Source: Sphagnum compactum (Eukaryota). Taken from it: 64,000 bases of DNA. The position numbers and the translations under genes were made by a program. How positions within the stretch are numbered: the stretch's first letter is position 1; every line of letters begins with the position of its first letter. Shown here piece by piece: positions 13,941 through 26,621 of this stretch. The notes under the pieces were generated by a model that was not told the DNA's origin, ran no database searches, and was given only the letters and a program-made list of their open reading frames with translations. The stretch lies in assembly GCA_965153455.1 (NCBI GenBank), contig OZ234493.1:18652213-18716212 (forward strand), given 5' to 3'.

Positions 13941-14992
13941 CAGTAGCCTCCCACTTAAGTACGCACCCGTTTAAGTTTGCATCCCGGTTAAGTATGCATT
14001 TTATGACAAAATTTTTAGGGATCAACATTTTTCAATGGAACATATCATGAATCGTCATCTAACGCAGGTTTTGGTTTTTTTTGCGTCTGGCTTTGAGGAC
14101 GACTGCTCGGACCTTGGCCTGGAACTCTTTAAACGATTTTTTGAGATCGTCGAATGCTTCTTCGGCTTCTGTTTGAACGTTAGAGCAGAGCAGCTGATCC
14201 TCAATATCGAGAATCTGCTTATACAAAGACTCAAATCCATGAAATTCAACTCTATCCTGTGACTTGACAATCTGCTCTGGTTGATTAACATTGCTATCTT
14301 CATCAAGCCCTGCTTCATTAATTTTCATCGATTCCAACAGCTCTTCGACGTCTTCCAACACTGCTGCTGCATATTCTTCATTGCTTTCGTCATCAATATG
14401 AACAAATTCTTCCAATTCTAATTGGTTGATCGATAAATTTAAGCTTTCGATGGTTTGGGCTAACTCAGTGGCAATGACATTATTTTCGCTCTTAGCCCTT
14501 GGTTCCGGTTCCAAGTTCATGAAGCCTTAAAGTCTGAATCAGAAATGGATAATGTAGAAGCAATACTTTTCGCTTTCGCAATGGCGAGAGATGGTGATAC
14601 AGGGAGCCTGGCACGGCGCATGCTGTCAATCCATATGTACAACATATCTTCAAGTTCGGTAAATCGTCCAACTGAAGCTCTGAAGGTCTTCTGCTTAGCT
14701 TCTTCGGAGAGTAAAGCGGATCGTTCAAGAATTGAATCTCATTTCTCCCAAACCTTCCGGATAGCGCCTTCGCTAACATCATACTCACGCGCTAGAGCGC
14801 GTTTGCTTGGAGGGTTTGTCTTGCTTAGTTTTGAGATGATCTCGCATCATTTAAGCACTTGCCGGTCAGTTTCTTCGACATTGCAACGAAATGCAAGCGA
14901 TTTGAGAATGGAGCGTCTAAAGTACACACCTACCGATAAAGTACGCACAAAACTCCGAGGTTCAAGTTCCGTACTTAAACGGGAGACTACTA
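13941..14992 (-). mobile_element. Internally deleted, non-autonomous pogo/Tigger-like (Tc1/mariner superfamily) DNA transposon
   Basis: The left TIR is CAGTAGCCTCCCACTTAAGTACG and the right TIR (rc) is TAGTAGTCTCCCGTTTAAGTACG. TA flanks lie at 13939-40 and 14993-94. The minus strand encodes CENP-B-like HTHs (SKRALAREYDVSEGAIRKVW...FTELEDMLYIWIDSMRRARLPVSPSLAIAKAK...DFKAS*) with stops and a frameshift, joined directly to an acidic C-terminus ending *MTIHDMF. No DDD catalytic domain is present. Confidence 0.88.
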
Positions 14993-16345
14993 TACTATGC
15001 AAGTGTCACACATCTTCCAATCATTGTTGTTCACTATCTTTGCAAATAAAGCCATAAGTAATTACAGATGTACCCTTTGTCTTCCAACCCGAAACTTGAT
15101 CTCTCATGAGCATGATCGGTTCAATTGAGAATGCCATGGAATGCCATGACCCCAACCAAGAACCCTTGTCCACAAAATGGCTGATTGGTCTAGTTTCTGC
15201 TGTCTTGAACTTACAAGACTCCACATCCAATGCCCATGACATCATCAAAATGCCATATGTAGGTCTGTACGACTGGACTCTGGGAATAGTATGGTGAGAA
15301 GAAGGCTTATTTATGGGCTGAAAGCGAAGGTGTGACTCATTTTTCCATCTGCTCTTTCCAATCAGATCATGGACACTCTTTGAAGAAACGCTGTGCTTAG
15401 AACCAAACACCAGTATGGTCCGGCTTGTTTTCCCAACAGGTCTTGTTTGGCAACGAATACAGCCCATATAGCTGCTATGTACCAAAGCTGCCATTCTAGC
15501 AAGGCACCCTTGTAACAGACTCATGAAAAACACCAGGAAACCAGGAGAAATTTCTTTGTTTCAACTCTCCATGTCAATTGGGAAACATAGAGCTACTAAA
15601 GTAAACAACCATGTGAATGATAACTCTGTAAGTCCAGTGTCTGGTTTCATAAATGTGTTGGATTGGGCAGAATATCACCTGGTGGTGATAATCACCCCAG
15701 AGGAATATGGCTCATGTGTGGCCGTCATGGCTGCTTTCCCCATAACAGATGCACCCACAAAGAATCTTCCTCCTGGGAAACAACCCATCCCTGCTGGTAC
15801 ACGATACCACTGTGAGAAACTCACAGATTCCATTCCTTGTTTTGGGGATAGGCAGTCCACATATGGGCACTGATAAAGATCTCCCAGTTCCACAATGAAC
15901 CCCATTCACACAATGTGCAATTCAAAACACACAAGCCACGTAGCATAGTGCATAATCAATAAACCTGCCTGCAAGAGGACTTGCACTATTCAAGCACATC
16001 CAAGGCACACTTAGTACTTGTCATGACTAGAACACACCTGGATGCAACTTTTCCATGCCCCAATGTACTGTGCTTAACAAGTGTACAATTCCATATCCAA
16101 AGCAAACTGAGTTGTAAGACATCTCGACACCCTTCAGAGATGACCTGAAGGTTCTAATCCCGCAGTTTATGGACACATCAATGATAGAAGACAAACTGTC
16201 AAATGCCTTCTTCAGACTCTACTTTTGAAAGTACGCATGAGTCATTAGTGCTGCAGTAGAACCATATGCAAAAGGGAGAGAGCACAACTAACAAGCATGA
16301 GACAAAGAAGGGTATCCAGTTTCTTGTCATCACAAAAGAGAAGAT

Positions 16346-18115
16346 TCACTCAAAAGCCCACTGGTTTTCCCTTCGGACTTCCTCTTCTTCTTCTGGTGTG
16401 AAGTCGTTCTTGATGTTGAATGTCTTGCGAATCTCCTCTGGAGTCTTGCCCTTAATCATATCAGCTACTGTTTGACAGGTAAGATCCAGCAAGTTCTTTA
16501 TATTCAGATAATTGGCTGCCTGCAAATACAGCACAACAATTGACTTCAGGATGATATTAAACAGCAACTTACTGGTGTCACAGCAGTAATGCCAGAAAAT
16601 CTTATGACAGTATCCAAGGCTTTTGACCTGGACTGTACAAACTAATGCAGAAAGAGTGCTGATACTGTACAACCTAGTTGATATGTCTATGCTATTCTGT
16701 TTCTTCTAAAACAATTATCTTGTATGCTCAGATTCCTTCCTCTTCTACATTACCTCCCACCCTAAAATAGGATATCTGTTTGTAAATGAGGCCTATGTTA
16801 CACACACATGTTTGAGTAAGCAGCAGGAAGATTTATCAACATGCATGCAGGAATCACAGATATTGACAACTTGTTGTTCACTGACAAATAGCTTATTGAT
16901 GCAATAAAAATTGCTCGAATGTAAGTTTTCCACAGCCACTCTGCAACTTTTCCATCCATCATGAGCAATATCCCATATGAGGGAGATGAAGTACTATACT
17001 AAAGGGTACTCTTCCCTATGATTTAAGACTCTGCACTTCCTTCAAAACTTCTTGAAAGAAACAGAGCAGAGGTTGAAGCACATTGCATTGTCAGGAACAC
17101 TTGCATATTGGTGATCCCACAAAGACATGAGAGTTTCCTACAGTTGGGGATGGCAGGGCATCTTTGAGAAATGTAAAGGCATACATGACATCTTTGACAT
17201 TGGTCAAAAAACTAAAATCCTGGGGACCATCTATGAAAGCACGCGACTCTAAGGTAGTATCATGACTTGTTGAGATAAACTTGTATTCTTACCAAGAGGA
17301 GTTCAAACCTCTGTGGTAATGATAGCCAAACATGGGCAGAGGGGTTCAAATCCAAGTTACATAGGTCAAGTTTGCAAGCAGAGAACATCCAAGGCTCTAT
17401 ACAAGTCTCAGGCTGGCACAGGGCCAGTTAGAGGGTTTCTTAGTCCAGACCTTCCTTAGAGTCTCTTAGTCCAGACCCGAGACTCATTCCACCGGTGTTG
17501 AGTATTGAGAAAAACCTGGTGTAGAAGCACAAGGAAATTTGGCGCCAAATGGTTCCTTTCTTATTCTGACCTAAGAGTCTTCACACTTTTAGTCAGTAAA
17601 GACTTAATGAAATCACTGCCTGACATCATGCGGTGTACATGCAGTTCAAGCAGCGGTAGGTTTACAAGACACAAGAGCGATGAGATAACGTGTTCCCCCC
17701 TGTCTACGGCGTTAGATGTCTACAGGGTACAGTACTTAACATTGTCAACACGTTTTGCTGCAACATCTGCAGCACTCTTGGTCATAACGGGGGAAAAAGT
17801 TGGTGGTAAGCTCACCAAGATAAGATCGAAAAGAGTCGCTTGATCCACCTTCACAAAGTCCTGATCCCAGGCCTTGATTTCATCTTCGGGCGTAGCCGGC
17901 TTATCATCAGTCGACTTTTGATTATCAACATGATACTTACAATACTCTATGACCTTGGCCAGAATCTTGCTGGAAACGTTAGGCAACGGGATGGGATGAT
18001 CCATGCCGGTGTCCTCAATCATGTTCTTTACAGCCTGTGACTCAAAAGCAACGGCTTCTTCCACCTCGAACATCTCATCATCGGAGCTCTTCAGCTTCAC
18101 TCGCTTCTCCGCCAT
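16346..18115 (-). CDS. SKP1: SKP1 (ASK1-like) SCF ubiquitin-ligase adaptor, 157 aa; exons 18115-17816 and 16519-16346
   Basis: [62 protein letters not shown]...[75 protein letters not shown]. The GT-AG intron is phase 0. A probable 5'-UTR intron lies at about 18125-18214. Confidence 0.98.
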
Positions 18116-18399
18116 GTTGCCTGCCTGCACACAATTTTTCTCCCAAAACAACGAAGGAAGGGGGAAAAAAAAAAAAAAACGAAGAAAACACACAAACCGT
18201 GACAAGTCTTTTACCTGCACACTCACAGAACCTAAACACTCAAAAAGTAGATCAATCGACGCAGAATCAGGAGAGCTTGCGCTCAGATAACAAACACCGA
18301 ATCGCCGTGCCCACTCCTCCTTGCCAGTTGCGCCGCCGTAGAAACCAAAACACCGCAACAGGAACACCAAAACCTCACAAAACGCTTCTTCGAAAAACG

Positions 18400-18780
18400 A
18401 GCGAATGAATCTGCCGCAGGGATGCAGAGCGCACGGATCTGAAACCAAAACGGACGCGGCCCAGCCGTCCACGCATCCCAATCTGATCACCAGCCGTCGA
18501 TCATCGATCGCAAACGTCAGGTGATGGAAAAAGAGGCTTTTCTGTACTATGGAATGGTCAAGCTTCTGCCCATTACGCTGGGTAAGGCGCCAGCGAGCCC
18601 CTTATAATGTGCAAGCGCTTGACCATTCCGTAGTACAGAAAAGCCTCTTATCCATCACCTGACATCTGCAATGGACGATGGACGGCTGGAGTCAGATCCC
18701 GGATGCATGGACGGCTGGGCCACGTCTGTTTTGGTTTCAGAGTCCCCTGCTCTCTGCATGCCTGCTAGCACAATTCACTC
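18400..18780. repeat. Long imperfect inverted repeat (arms about 170 bp, loop about 18575-18603) at the SKP1 5' end/promoter
   Basis: Left arm ...TCTGAAACCAAAACGGACGCGGCCCAGCCGTCCACGCATCC...TCAGGTGATGGAAAAAGAGGCTTTTCTGTACTATGGAATGGTCAAGC pairs with right arm GCTTGACCATTCCGTAGTACAGAAAAGCCTCTTATCCATCACCTGA...GGATGCATGGACGGCTGGGCCACGTCTGTTTTGGTTTCAGA. Confidence 0.93.
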
Positions 18781-20050
18781 TCTTTTGGCCGAGCTCGCCT
18801 GGCGTCTTACATAATGGGCAGGTGCTTGACCATTCCATAGTCCAGGGTGACCAATTCTTCTTCGGTGGATAGCAACGCCCAAGGAAAGGGGGGTGTTCCC
18901 AAAGTAAGTACTCGCCGGAGTCAAGCCCCAAAGGCAAGTAAGTTTTTAAACCAATTTCCAACTTCAAGCAATGAGATCTTTTGCACTCTAGAGTAAGTTT
19001 TTGTACTGAATTTACTTCAGGAACACCTGCCACAAAAAAGACTGACCAGAAATTTTTAAAAAATTTCTCATGATACCCACCCCACCCAAAATGCAGAAAA
19101 AAACGAAAGGCCAGCTTTCCACTTTCAAAATGCCCAACTTTTGCAGATGTAAAGTAAAATTACGCTCTGTAATGTGACCTGCAAATACACCAAAAAAAAT
19201 TTATCCGACGGGTTAAAAAAAAAAGCATGCTCAATAGACACATTTTGCTCATAATTTTGAGTGTATGATCATCATCGGAAGATTACGTCATATAATGTGG
19301 TCAAGAAAATGAACACAGGTACCTAATAATCTGCCACCCCAGGGCCTTAATAATTAAAACTTACATACCTATGTATTGGAATTGGGGGCTTTTTTTTTCT
19401 TTTTTTTTAAAATTTTTTTTAAGCCCCCCAGTGGCTTGGAAGTTGGGGTTGTTTGTGGGGGCAGGCAGGAGGGGGTTATTATGAACCCGGGCTCTTGAGT
19501 GAGTCCACCAGTGTTGGGCAGGTCTCTATTTTTTTTTCTCTGACCCAACCCTGACAAGCTGGTTGGCACCCGCAAAATCAAGCTCATTGGCAGAGAGGGC
19601 CGGCAGGAGTTTCGCCTGCACTCCACTGGGTTTGAACCCAGGACCTTTTTTTTTGTTTTTCGATGGTCTAGGTTCCCAGAATGGGCTATACCAATGAGCC
19701 ATCAGCCCTGGGGTGGATTCGTTGCTGGTTCTTTCATCCAAAGTGCCAGTTCTTTGAAATCTTTTCAGAAACTTGGAACCAGAGGTTCTTTTCATTCCGA
19801 GATTTTTATAAAAATAAAATGGAATTATTGGAGATTATGTGATTTTTGAAATTTCTCAAAAAACCAAAATTGGAGATTCTCGGATTTTTGAAATTTTGAA
19901 AAAAAATTGAAACCAGAATTTATTTACAAAATCAAAGATCCACACAACAGTGTGAACACCGGAGTGGAGTCCACTATGAGTAACACTTGTGCAATATTGG
20001 ATGCTCCACACTACTAGTTCTTATCCCATAGTTTTTTTTAAATGTTTGGG

Positions 20051-20389
20051 AAACAAGGGGGTGTGTCACACTTTGGCCTTGCAATTTACATTAAAAAGTA
20101 TCTTAAGGCAAAAGAAGAAGAATTATGGAAAACTCAAATGTTTCACCATGCAAACAATATAATCTTCAGAAAATCCTCTAAAAGAAACCAAAATCCTTCC
20201 CAAGATATTATTATAACTCTATAATAACTAATCTCAAGTTTCAACACAAGCCAAAAATATCATCTTTCAAAAAATCCTCATATAAAAATAGACCTATTAT
20301 TATATTGCCTAGGGGCCAAAATCCATTAAGCTACTATACTCTATAATGAATCTAAACGCAATATCCTTGCCTTGGGTAGGCAAGCCCAA
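20051..20389 (-). mobile_element. About 330 bp dispersed non-autonomous element, copy 1 (Helentron/HINE-like architecture)
   Basis: Collinear with 33844-34166 (opposite strand) and 54141-54459. Shows the subterminal inverted repeat TTGGCCTTGC/GCAAG(G)CC and terminal stem-loops. Confidence 0.7.
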
Positions 20390-22538
20390 AAAGTGTTGAA
20401 TAGGTTATTATTAAATGGTAAATGATTAGGGATCTAGTAGGCCCAATTTGATATTGGAAAGCTTTTTAAAGAGCATGTACTTTGTGATTTTGTCAAGGTC
20501 TACTACCCTTTCCACCCCTTGGTTAGTGTGATCTAACCTTCTTCATCAACACAAAATTATGCCAAAATGACATTTTTTTGCATTGCCCATCAAAAACTAG
20601 CTTGAAAAGTGAGAGCAATGGAACTATTCTATGGTGTGATAATTTCACAATTATTATAGCATTTTTTTTGAGACCTCCAAACTTTTGTTGTTGAACACAC
20701 ACATGCAAATCTTATTATAGATAAGAAACAGGGATAAAGAGATACAACTTAGCACTACCCAAACTACTTACACAACAAAATGTGAACAATGCAACCATGT
20801 TTTTCATCTCCTTGAAGATTGGAGTTTGAGCTACATGGAATAGAGTACATTGGTGATGTACTATTGCATGTTGAATTACTGGAGAAGAGAATCAACACAC
20901 ACAAATAAATTTGACAATCGCAAGACAATATTTTGTGGGACAAAAGAAGTAGAGATGAACAAAGATGATTGTATTATGCAAAAGTTGACATGTAAAAAAA
21001 TTTCAGCATGGACACATATGTGTAAAATATCACTTGAGGAACATGGATTCTTGAAGTAAGTGCCTACTAGAGGTGCAAGCCAAGGGGTGCTTATTTTGTG
21101 AATACCTCATTTTGAAGGCATTACCTAGTGTATAAATCTACGATTTTTTTTACTTTTCTCATTTTTTTTTCATAATATTTGTGATATTTAGTAGGTTTCA
21201 TGCTCAAAAAATGGAAAAAAGATAAGGTGAGCATTTTGAAAAGCAAAATGTGTACTCCTCTTATGTTATGGACACAAATTTCTACTTTGGAAATGTACCT
21301 CCAAATACGTGGGTTCTTGAATTTAACACTTGGGTTTGCATTTTATTATAAAACTAAAAATCAATAGGTTTTTTTAACCCTAGCACTGATTGACAAACCT
21401 AGGGGTGAATTAACCATTTTCCCCCATTATATTTCAATGTGGCCTAGCTACCTATCATTCCTTGCCCTCCTTTCCTATCCCCCATTATCCTTTAGCACCC
21501 CCTTTTGTCCTGCATTGCCTCCTTCATTGTCCCATATCATCCCTCATTGCCTCCTTGACTATCCATGTCGTTCTTAATGTTTCCCATACTTGGATGTGAC
21601 ATCTTGCAAATCACAAAAGGCCATCTTGAACCTTAAAATAACTTGCAACACTATTATTCAAGACATTGACAATCATGTGGTTCCATAGCTTTTTAATTTG
21701 ATAATATATCAACCTCATCATAATTAAACATACGATAAGGAATGCATTAATATATTACGTTATTGCAAAACATGTTATAATACATTCAAGACTTGACAAC
21801 ACTAAGCTTTTAAAAAAATGCAAAAACATAAAGGTTTTGTATTGAAAACTTGTGTTCTTTTGTAAGTTTGATTTAAGTTGTTTTGTCAAATATAATGAGA
21901 AAAGTTGAAAATACGAATACAAATATAAATGAAAAGTAATTTTTTTTTGCAAATAGTGAAAGTGTTCAAACACACATCATAAACATGTTAAAGGATAAAA
22001 GACACAAACACCACTAGTTTGTATTATGCACACAAAAACATACAAATGTTTAAACAATTATTGACATTTTCAACATGAATGAGTTGGTGAATCATGTCCA
22101 TGATAAAATATTAAGCAAATTAGATAAAAGTGCTCCCACTTTCATAATCCATATTTTCCCAAAAAGATATGGAAAAAAAAGCTCAAGGTTGCTCCAAATG
22201 GCTAGTTTTGATTCATTGGTTCATGGCATTTAAAAAATTAACTTGAACTTCTAACACATTTGAATAATTGATTATTCATTTATACCAATCTTCAAAAACA
22301 TTTTGAAGTGATTGGTATTTCAGTAGAGTTATTTGTAAAGCAACCCTCCTTTTGAACCCTTCTTTCATCCCCCAACCCTTCTATTAACATGTATTATTAT
22401 TATCCACAAAGTAATGAAATTTTATGGAACTTAAAATTAAATGCACAAGGTTTGAAAATATTTATAATTGTAACACACACAACAACAACAATGATTGATT
22501 GAAGGAATTGAAATAAAATAAAATGTGAAACTTAGATT

Positions 22539-22651
22539 AACACCAATTTAACACCCCATGTTTGGTCATAAAGGGGGTGAGATAAGTGTATTTTTTCATT
22601 ATTTTAAAGATATTTCACCCCCTTTATGACTAAACATGAGGTATTGGTGTT
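22539..22651. repeat. Small fold-back element (about 35 bp stem)
   Basis: CCATGTTTGGTCATAAAGGGGGTGAGATA ... TATTTCACCCCCTTTATGACTAAACATGA, with outer AACACCAAT/ATTGGTGTT. Confidence 0.8.
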
Positions 22652-24086
22652 GTGTTTTATTTATTTTGTAGATACCTTTCATGAATAATAAAAGATTTAC
22701 TAGTATCCACTAATTTAAACAATATTAACTCCACAATTTTAATATCATATCCATTAAATGCATCATATCCTAAATGCAGTTTAGCTATGATAAAAACAAT
22801 ATAGATTACATATAAATTCCAAAATTTTAGGGTTGTATTAATCAAACATATCATGTTGTAGGTGTTGTTGAATTTCAAACAAATTGGATTCATACAAACT
22901 TTCATAAATTTGTATTATAACCTTATAATGTGTCATGTTTTACATGGGGCCTAGCTATGGCATTGGTGGACATATAAGACTACATGTAAGATTAAAAGTT
23001 TCATGTAATATATTTCATTGTCCTATGTTTCATGTTATTCCATTTAGTTTTAGTATCATATCCAATAAACGTAATCAACAATTTAAGAAACTTTGCTTAC
23101 ATGGCATACATTTATTGGGTTTGAACATGATAGCTCAACTTGGTATATTGGTTGCTCTTATTGACCTCATAAAATACATAGATCATTAACCAAACATAAC
23201 TAAATAAGTAAGTAACAACCTCAATTATATATGATATTTGCAACCTTTCATTTTACTACAAGTTGTAGTATGCCACCAACCTAATCTTAGTGCCTAGCTT
23301 GTGTTTCAAATAAGTAGATGGCTTGCTATAATGTGTTTCATACAAATCAAACATCAATTACTATCATAATCTTAATTTAAACTTTAAAATCATTTTGATT
23401 TTCAATTAGTTTTGTTTAGAACTTGTTTATAATACAAGTAAAGCATTTGCTTTGGAAACACAAGTTACACTTATTTAATGAGCCAAACAAGCCTTAATGA
23501 GAATGATACACACAAAAACAAGAAAAAAAACCTCATTTCGGTTCACACAAATAACATTCTTTTCCTTTCATGATGTTTGAATGCTCAACCAAAAACAAAG
23601 TTGAGTGTATCAACAAAAGAAGAGGTTTACTTCCCAAATGAAGTCCTAATTCAAGATTAAAAGAGATAATGTTGAGTTGAGGAACAACCACTCAATTGCA
23701 AAATTATAATATTAATATATTTTCAACCTAATACGATGGAAAAATTTGTACAATTTGAACATCAAGACATACAACTTTCCATCAATAGTCATTATGCATC
23801 AAGCTTATTGTACTCTTGTAGGTAATGAAAATTGTTGGGCATTTCACAGGTTGTCATCCATTGAGTGTGCTTTATTGGGTTCCCATTTTGATGCCTAGTA
23901 ACTTCCCACTCCTTGAGAGTTACCGTACACCATAACATGAATTCTAAAAGTATACCTTAGTTGAAAATTGTGTTTGGATGCCCTCCCAACATAATAGAAC
24001 CAAAAAGACGTCTGAAATAGCTCACATTTGAACAACACCCCCAAAAAATGTTCACTATTTACAACATCCACAAAAACTTATGCTAA

Positions 24087-24415
24087 GGGCCACTTTAAAT
24101 GAGGGTCCAAGCTCCAATGGAATAGAACAATCCTCTTGGATGAGGGCCATAAATCGGACCCACAAACCCTTTAGATGAGAGTCCAAGACCAAAAAGTGGC
24201 AAATTGAGGCTAAACTTACATGGCACCATTTTGGAGGGAAATTCAATCGATTCAGACCCAAAACAAAAGCTCTAAAAAGGAAAGCTAGTGATTTGAAGAA
24301 CCAATATGCAAGCTAGGGTTCCAATGCAGGGTCCAACTCAAGGATTGAATTTGCTTCAAATGAGTCCAAATTGGTTCCTAGGAATTTGGACCCTGGATCC
24401 CATCTAAAGTGGGCC
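24087..24415. mobile_element. Tourist-like (PIF/Harbinger) MITE
   Basis: TIRs GGGCCACTTTAAATG / CATCTAAAGTGGGCC with TAA on both sides (24084-86, 24416-18). A second, partial copy lies at about 34380-34615. Confidence 0.8.
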
Positions 24416-25950
24416 TAAGATAACCTATACTTGGACAACCCTCCACAAAGACAAAATAAGATAGGCCACACTTGAACAACAACCCAAAAATTTATAGAAA
24501 GAGTCCACATTTGAAATACACTCACGAAGTGCTTAAGCACTTGGAGAAATTTCCTAGTGTGTTTTGGAGGCAGCTTATATCCATGATGAGCCCTCCTTGA
24601 AAAGAGGAGGCATTTTTATTGCTACTTCTTAAGGTGGGAAGGAAATTACCCTTACTTGTTTGTAGGCGTAAGTTCCCTCCCACTGGTAAGGAGTAGGTGT
24701 AAGGACCTCCCCCTTCACGAATCTACATATCTTTAGGTTCATGATAAATTTTGCCTTGTGTTTTACAATGGGTAAAGCTTGCAGTTCGGGGAATGTCCCC
24801 ACAATGTTCAACTGGCCTTGGCTATGCCCTATTCCTAGGGCCCTCATATCTTAGACCTTTATACCCTTGACTTTATATCCATTAAGGTATTGAGACTATA
24901 ATTTATTGATCATGTTAAAGACTCCGAGAAAATTTGTAGTGTAAATGGAAGGCAAGTTCTATCCATCAATTTCCCTCCTAAGAATTGGGAGGAAAATTAT
25001 GCCTACTTGTAGGTGTAAGAACCCTCTCACTATTCAGGAGTAGGCATAAGAAACCTCCCATTCATACGCATGGTGATCTACATAGTTTTGGTTCATGATA
25101 AATTTTGCCTCATGTTTTTCGATAGTAAAGGCCATGGGTGAGGGACACTCCCAAAATCTCCCCATCCTAGGCCCCATATTTTGAGAATGCCCCTACCCTA
25201 GGGCTTTACCCTACACTTAAACTTCCAGTGATGATCAGACACTATTATTGGTGACCAAAATGTGTCTGTTGAACATCGATTTTTTGAAAAACCATTGAAT
25301 CTACCACCCACATCATGCAATGGTCTTGCCCTTGTCCATTATGTAAGGTGCCATTCCATTGTCCACCATGGTTTTCATGTCCTTTTCCGCCTCTGTTTGG
25401 CCCCACTTCCAAGGCACAATGGACAGGCCTTCTTGGGTCTACCTGACCTAACCATTCTTCAAAATGCACAAGCCCATTGCACAAATCATGAAAATCATTG
25501 TGTGATGCAATGTGCTGCGAACAGGCTATTTTGCCCAACAAAAATTCTAGCTGGCAATTCCAGGGCGAGATTTAAAACTCGAATTCTTCCTACTTTAGTA
25601 CCTTGGGAGCTTTTGGCACAAAATTATACTATTTTTACAAATCCTAAAATTTTCAAATTTTACTTTTCTCAAAGCACAAGTTTAAAAAAAAGCAAAATTC
25701 AAAATCTCTTTTCTAAGAAGCAAGAATATTCTATTTTTCAAAATGAAATCTTAAAAATGAATTAATTATTCAACAAACATATGCTGAAGCTGACCTTTGA
25801 CTAACAGCATCTCCACCAATGCTCACTTTGTGACCCTGCACTAGAAATCTTGGGTGAGGGTCATCAGTCGAATCCAGTGAATCCACTGGAAGACGACCCT
25901 GAAAAGAAGTACAGCTTTCAGAGCCTTGGAGGAGTCCTGGAAGAGTGTAA

Positions 25951-26324
25951 GAGCATTTCCAGCGGTGCTCAGTATATGACCCTGCAAAAATATTTTTCAC
26001 ATCCAAGTTTAGTTATGTACTCTTTTGCAACTCCACCCATAAAACTGAAACTGGGACAGCAAATAGGTGGGAAATTACTAATAGCAAACCACATGGACGA
26101 ATCATTATGATGGGCCAATCAGAAACATTGAGCAGCAGTTAGATCATATTTATTACACTCTTTTCTGCAGGTGCACAGTGCTGCTGCGCCTTTTACTAGC
26201 CACGAGGAGGTACGCAATTGTGCGGACCCAAAACCATTTTCCTGAGCCAAACCGGCATTTGTTGGATTTTCTTCATCCAATTTTACTGTGCAGGATCACA
26301 TACCGAGCACTGCTGGAGATGCTC
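25951..26324. mobile_element. Tourist-like MITE (GAGCATCTCC-type TIR), nested insertion 1
   Basis: About 36 bp TIRs GAGCATTTCCAGCGGTGCTCAGTATATGACCCTGCA / TGCAGGATCACATACCGAGCACTGCTGGAGATGCTC. TAA TSD at 25948-50 and 26325-27. Confidence 0.88.
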
Positions 26325-26327
26325 TAA

Positions 26328-26621
26328 GGCCCGCTTTATACTAGGAGTCAGGGCCAAAAAAACTTAGGGCCGACTTTGGGTCTCCCATATTTGATGGTAT
26401 TTTCAGACTTGGGGCCAATACAAGGCCATAGTGTTCAGCATTTATTAGTAACTTGGGGCAGATTGACTATGTCAGCCTTGACTCCAACTGTAAGGAAGAT
26501 GCTAAACAGCCCCTAACACTCGCCTAGTGTAAAGCCCTTGGCACTGATTTCAACTTTTGCAACAATAGGAATGCTGGATTTGGGTCGAACATTGGCCCTG
26601 ACTCCTAGTGTAAAGCGGGCC
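26328..26621. mobile_element. Tourist-like MITE (GGCCCGCTTTA-type TIR), nested insertion 2
   Basis: 30 bp TIR with one mismatch: GGCCCGCTTTATACTAGGAGTCAGGGCCAA / TTGGCCCTGACTCCTAGTGTAAAGCGGGCC. TAA at 26325-27 and 26622-24. Confidence 0.9.

Noticed and set aside
14545-15057. 170-aa plus-strand ORF
   Set aside because: It is the antisense shadow of the pogo transposase remnant.
15021-15909. Several 60-170 aa ORFs downstream of SKP1
   Set aside because: No recognisable domain in the frames I translated, with stops in all of them. Probably 3' flank or UTR.
9692-18115. Proteostasis cluster (PAE + SKP1, plus ClpP5 further on)
   Set aside because: PAE and SKP1 are convergent housekeeping genes with no shared regulatory signal visible. 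Chance adjacency is sufficient.
19509-19975. hAT-like element (CAGTGTTG...CAACAGTG with flanking GAGTCCAC)
   Set aside because: The right TIR is imperfect and the candidate 8-bp TSD is offset from it, so boundaries cannot be supported.
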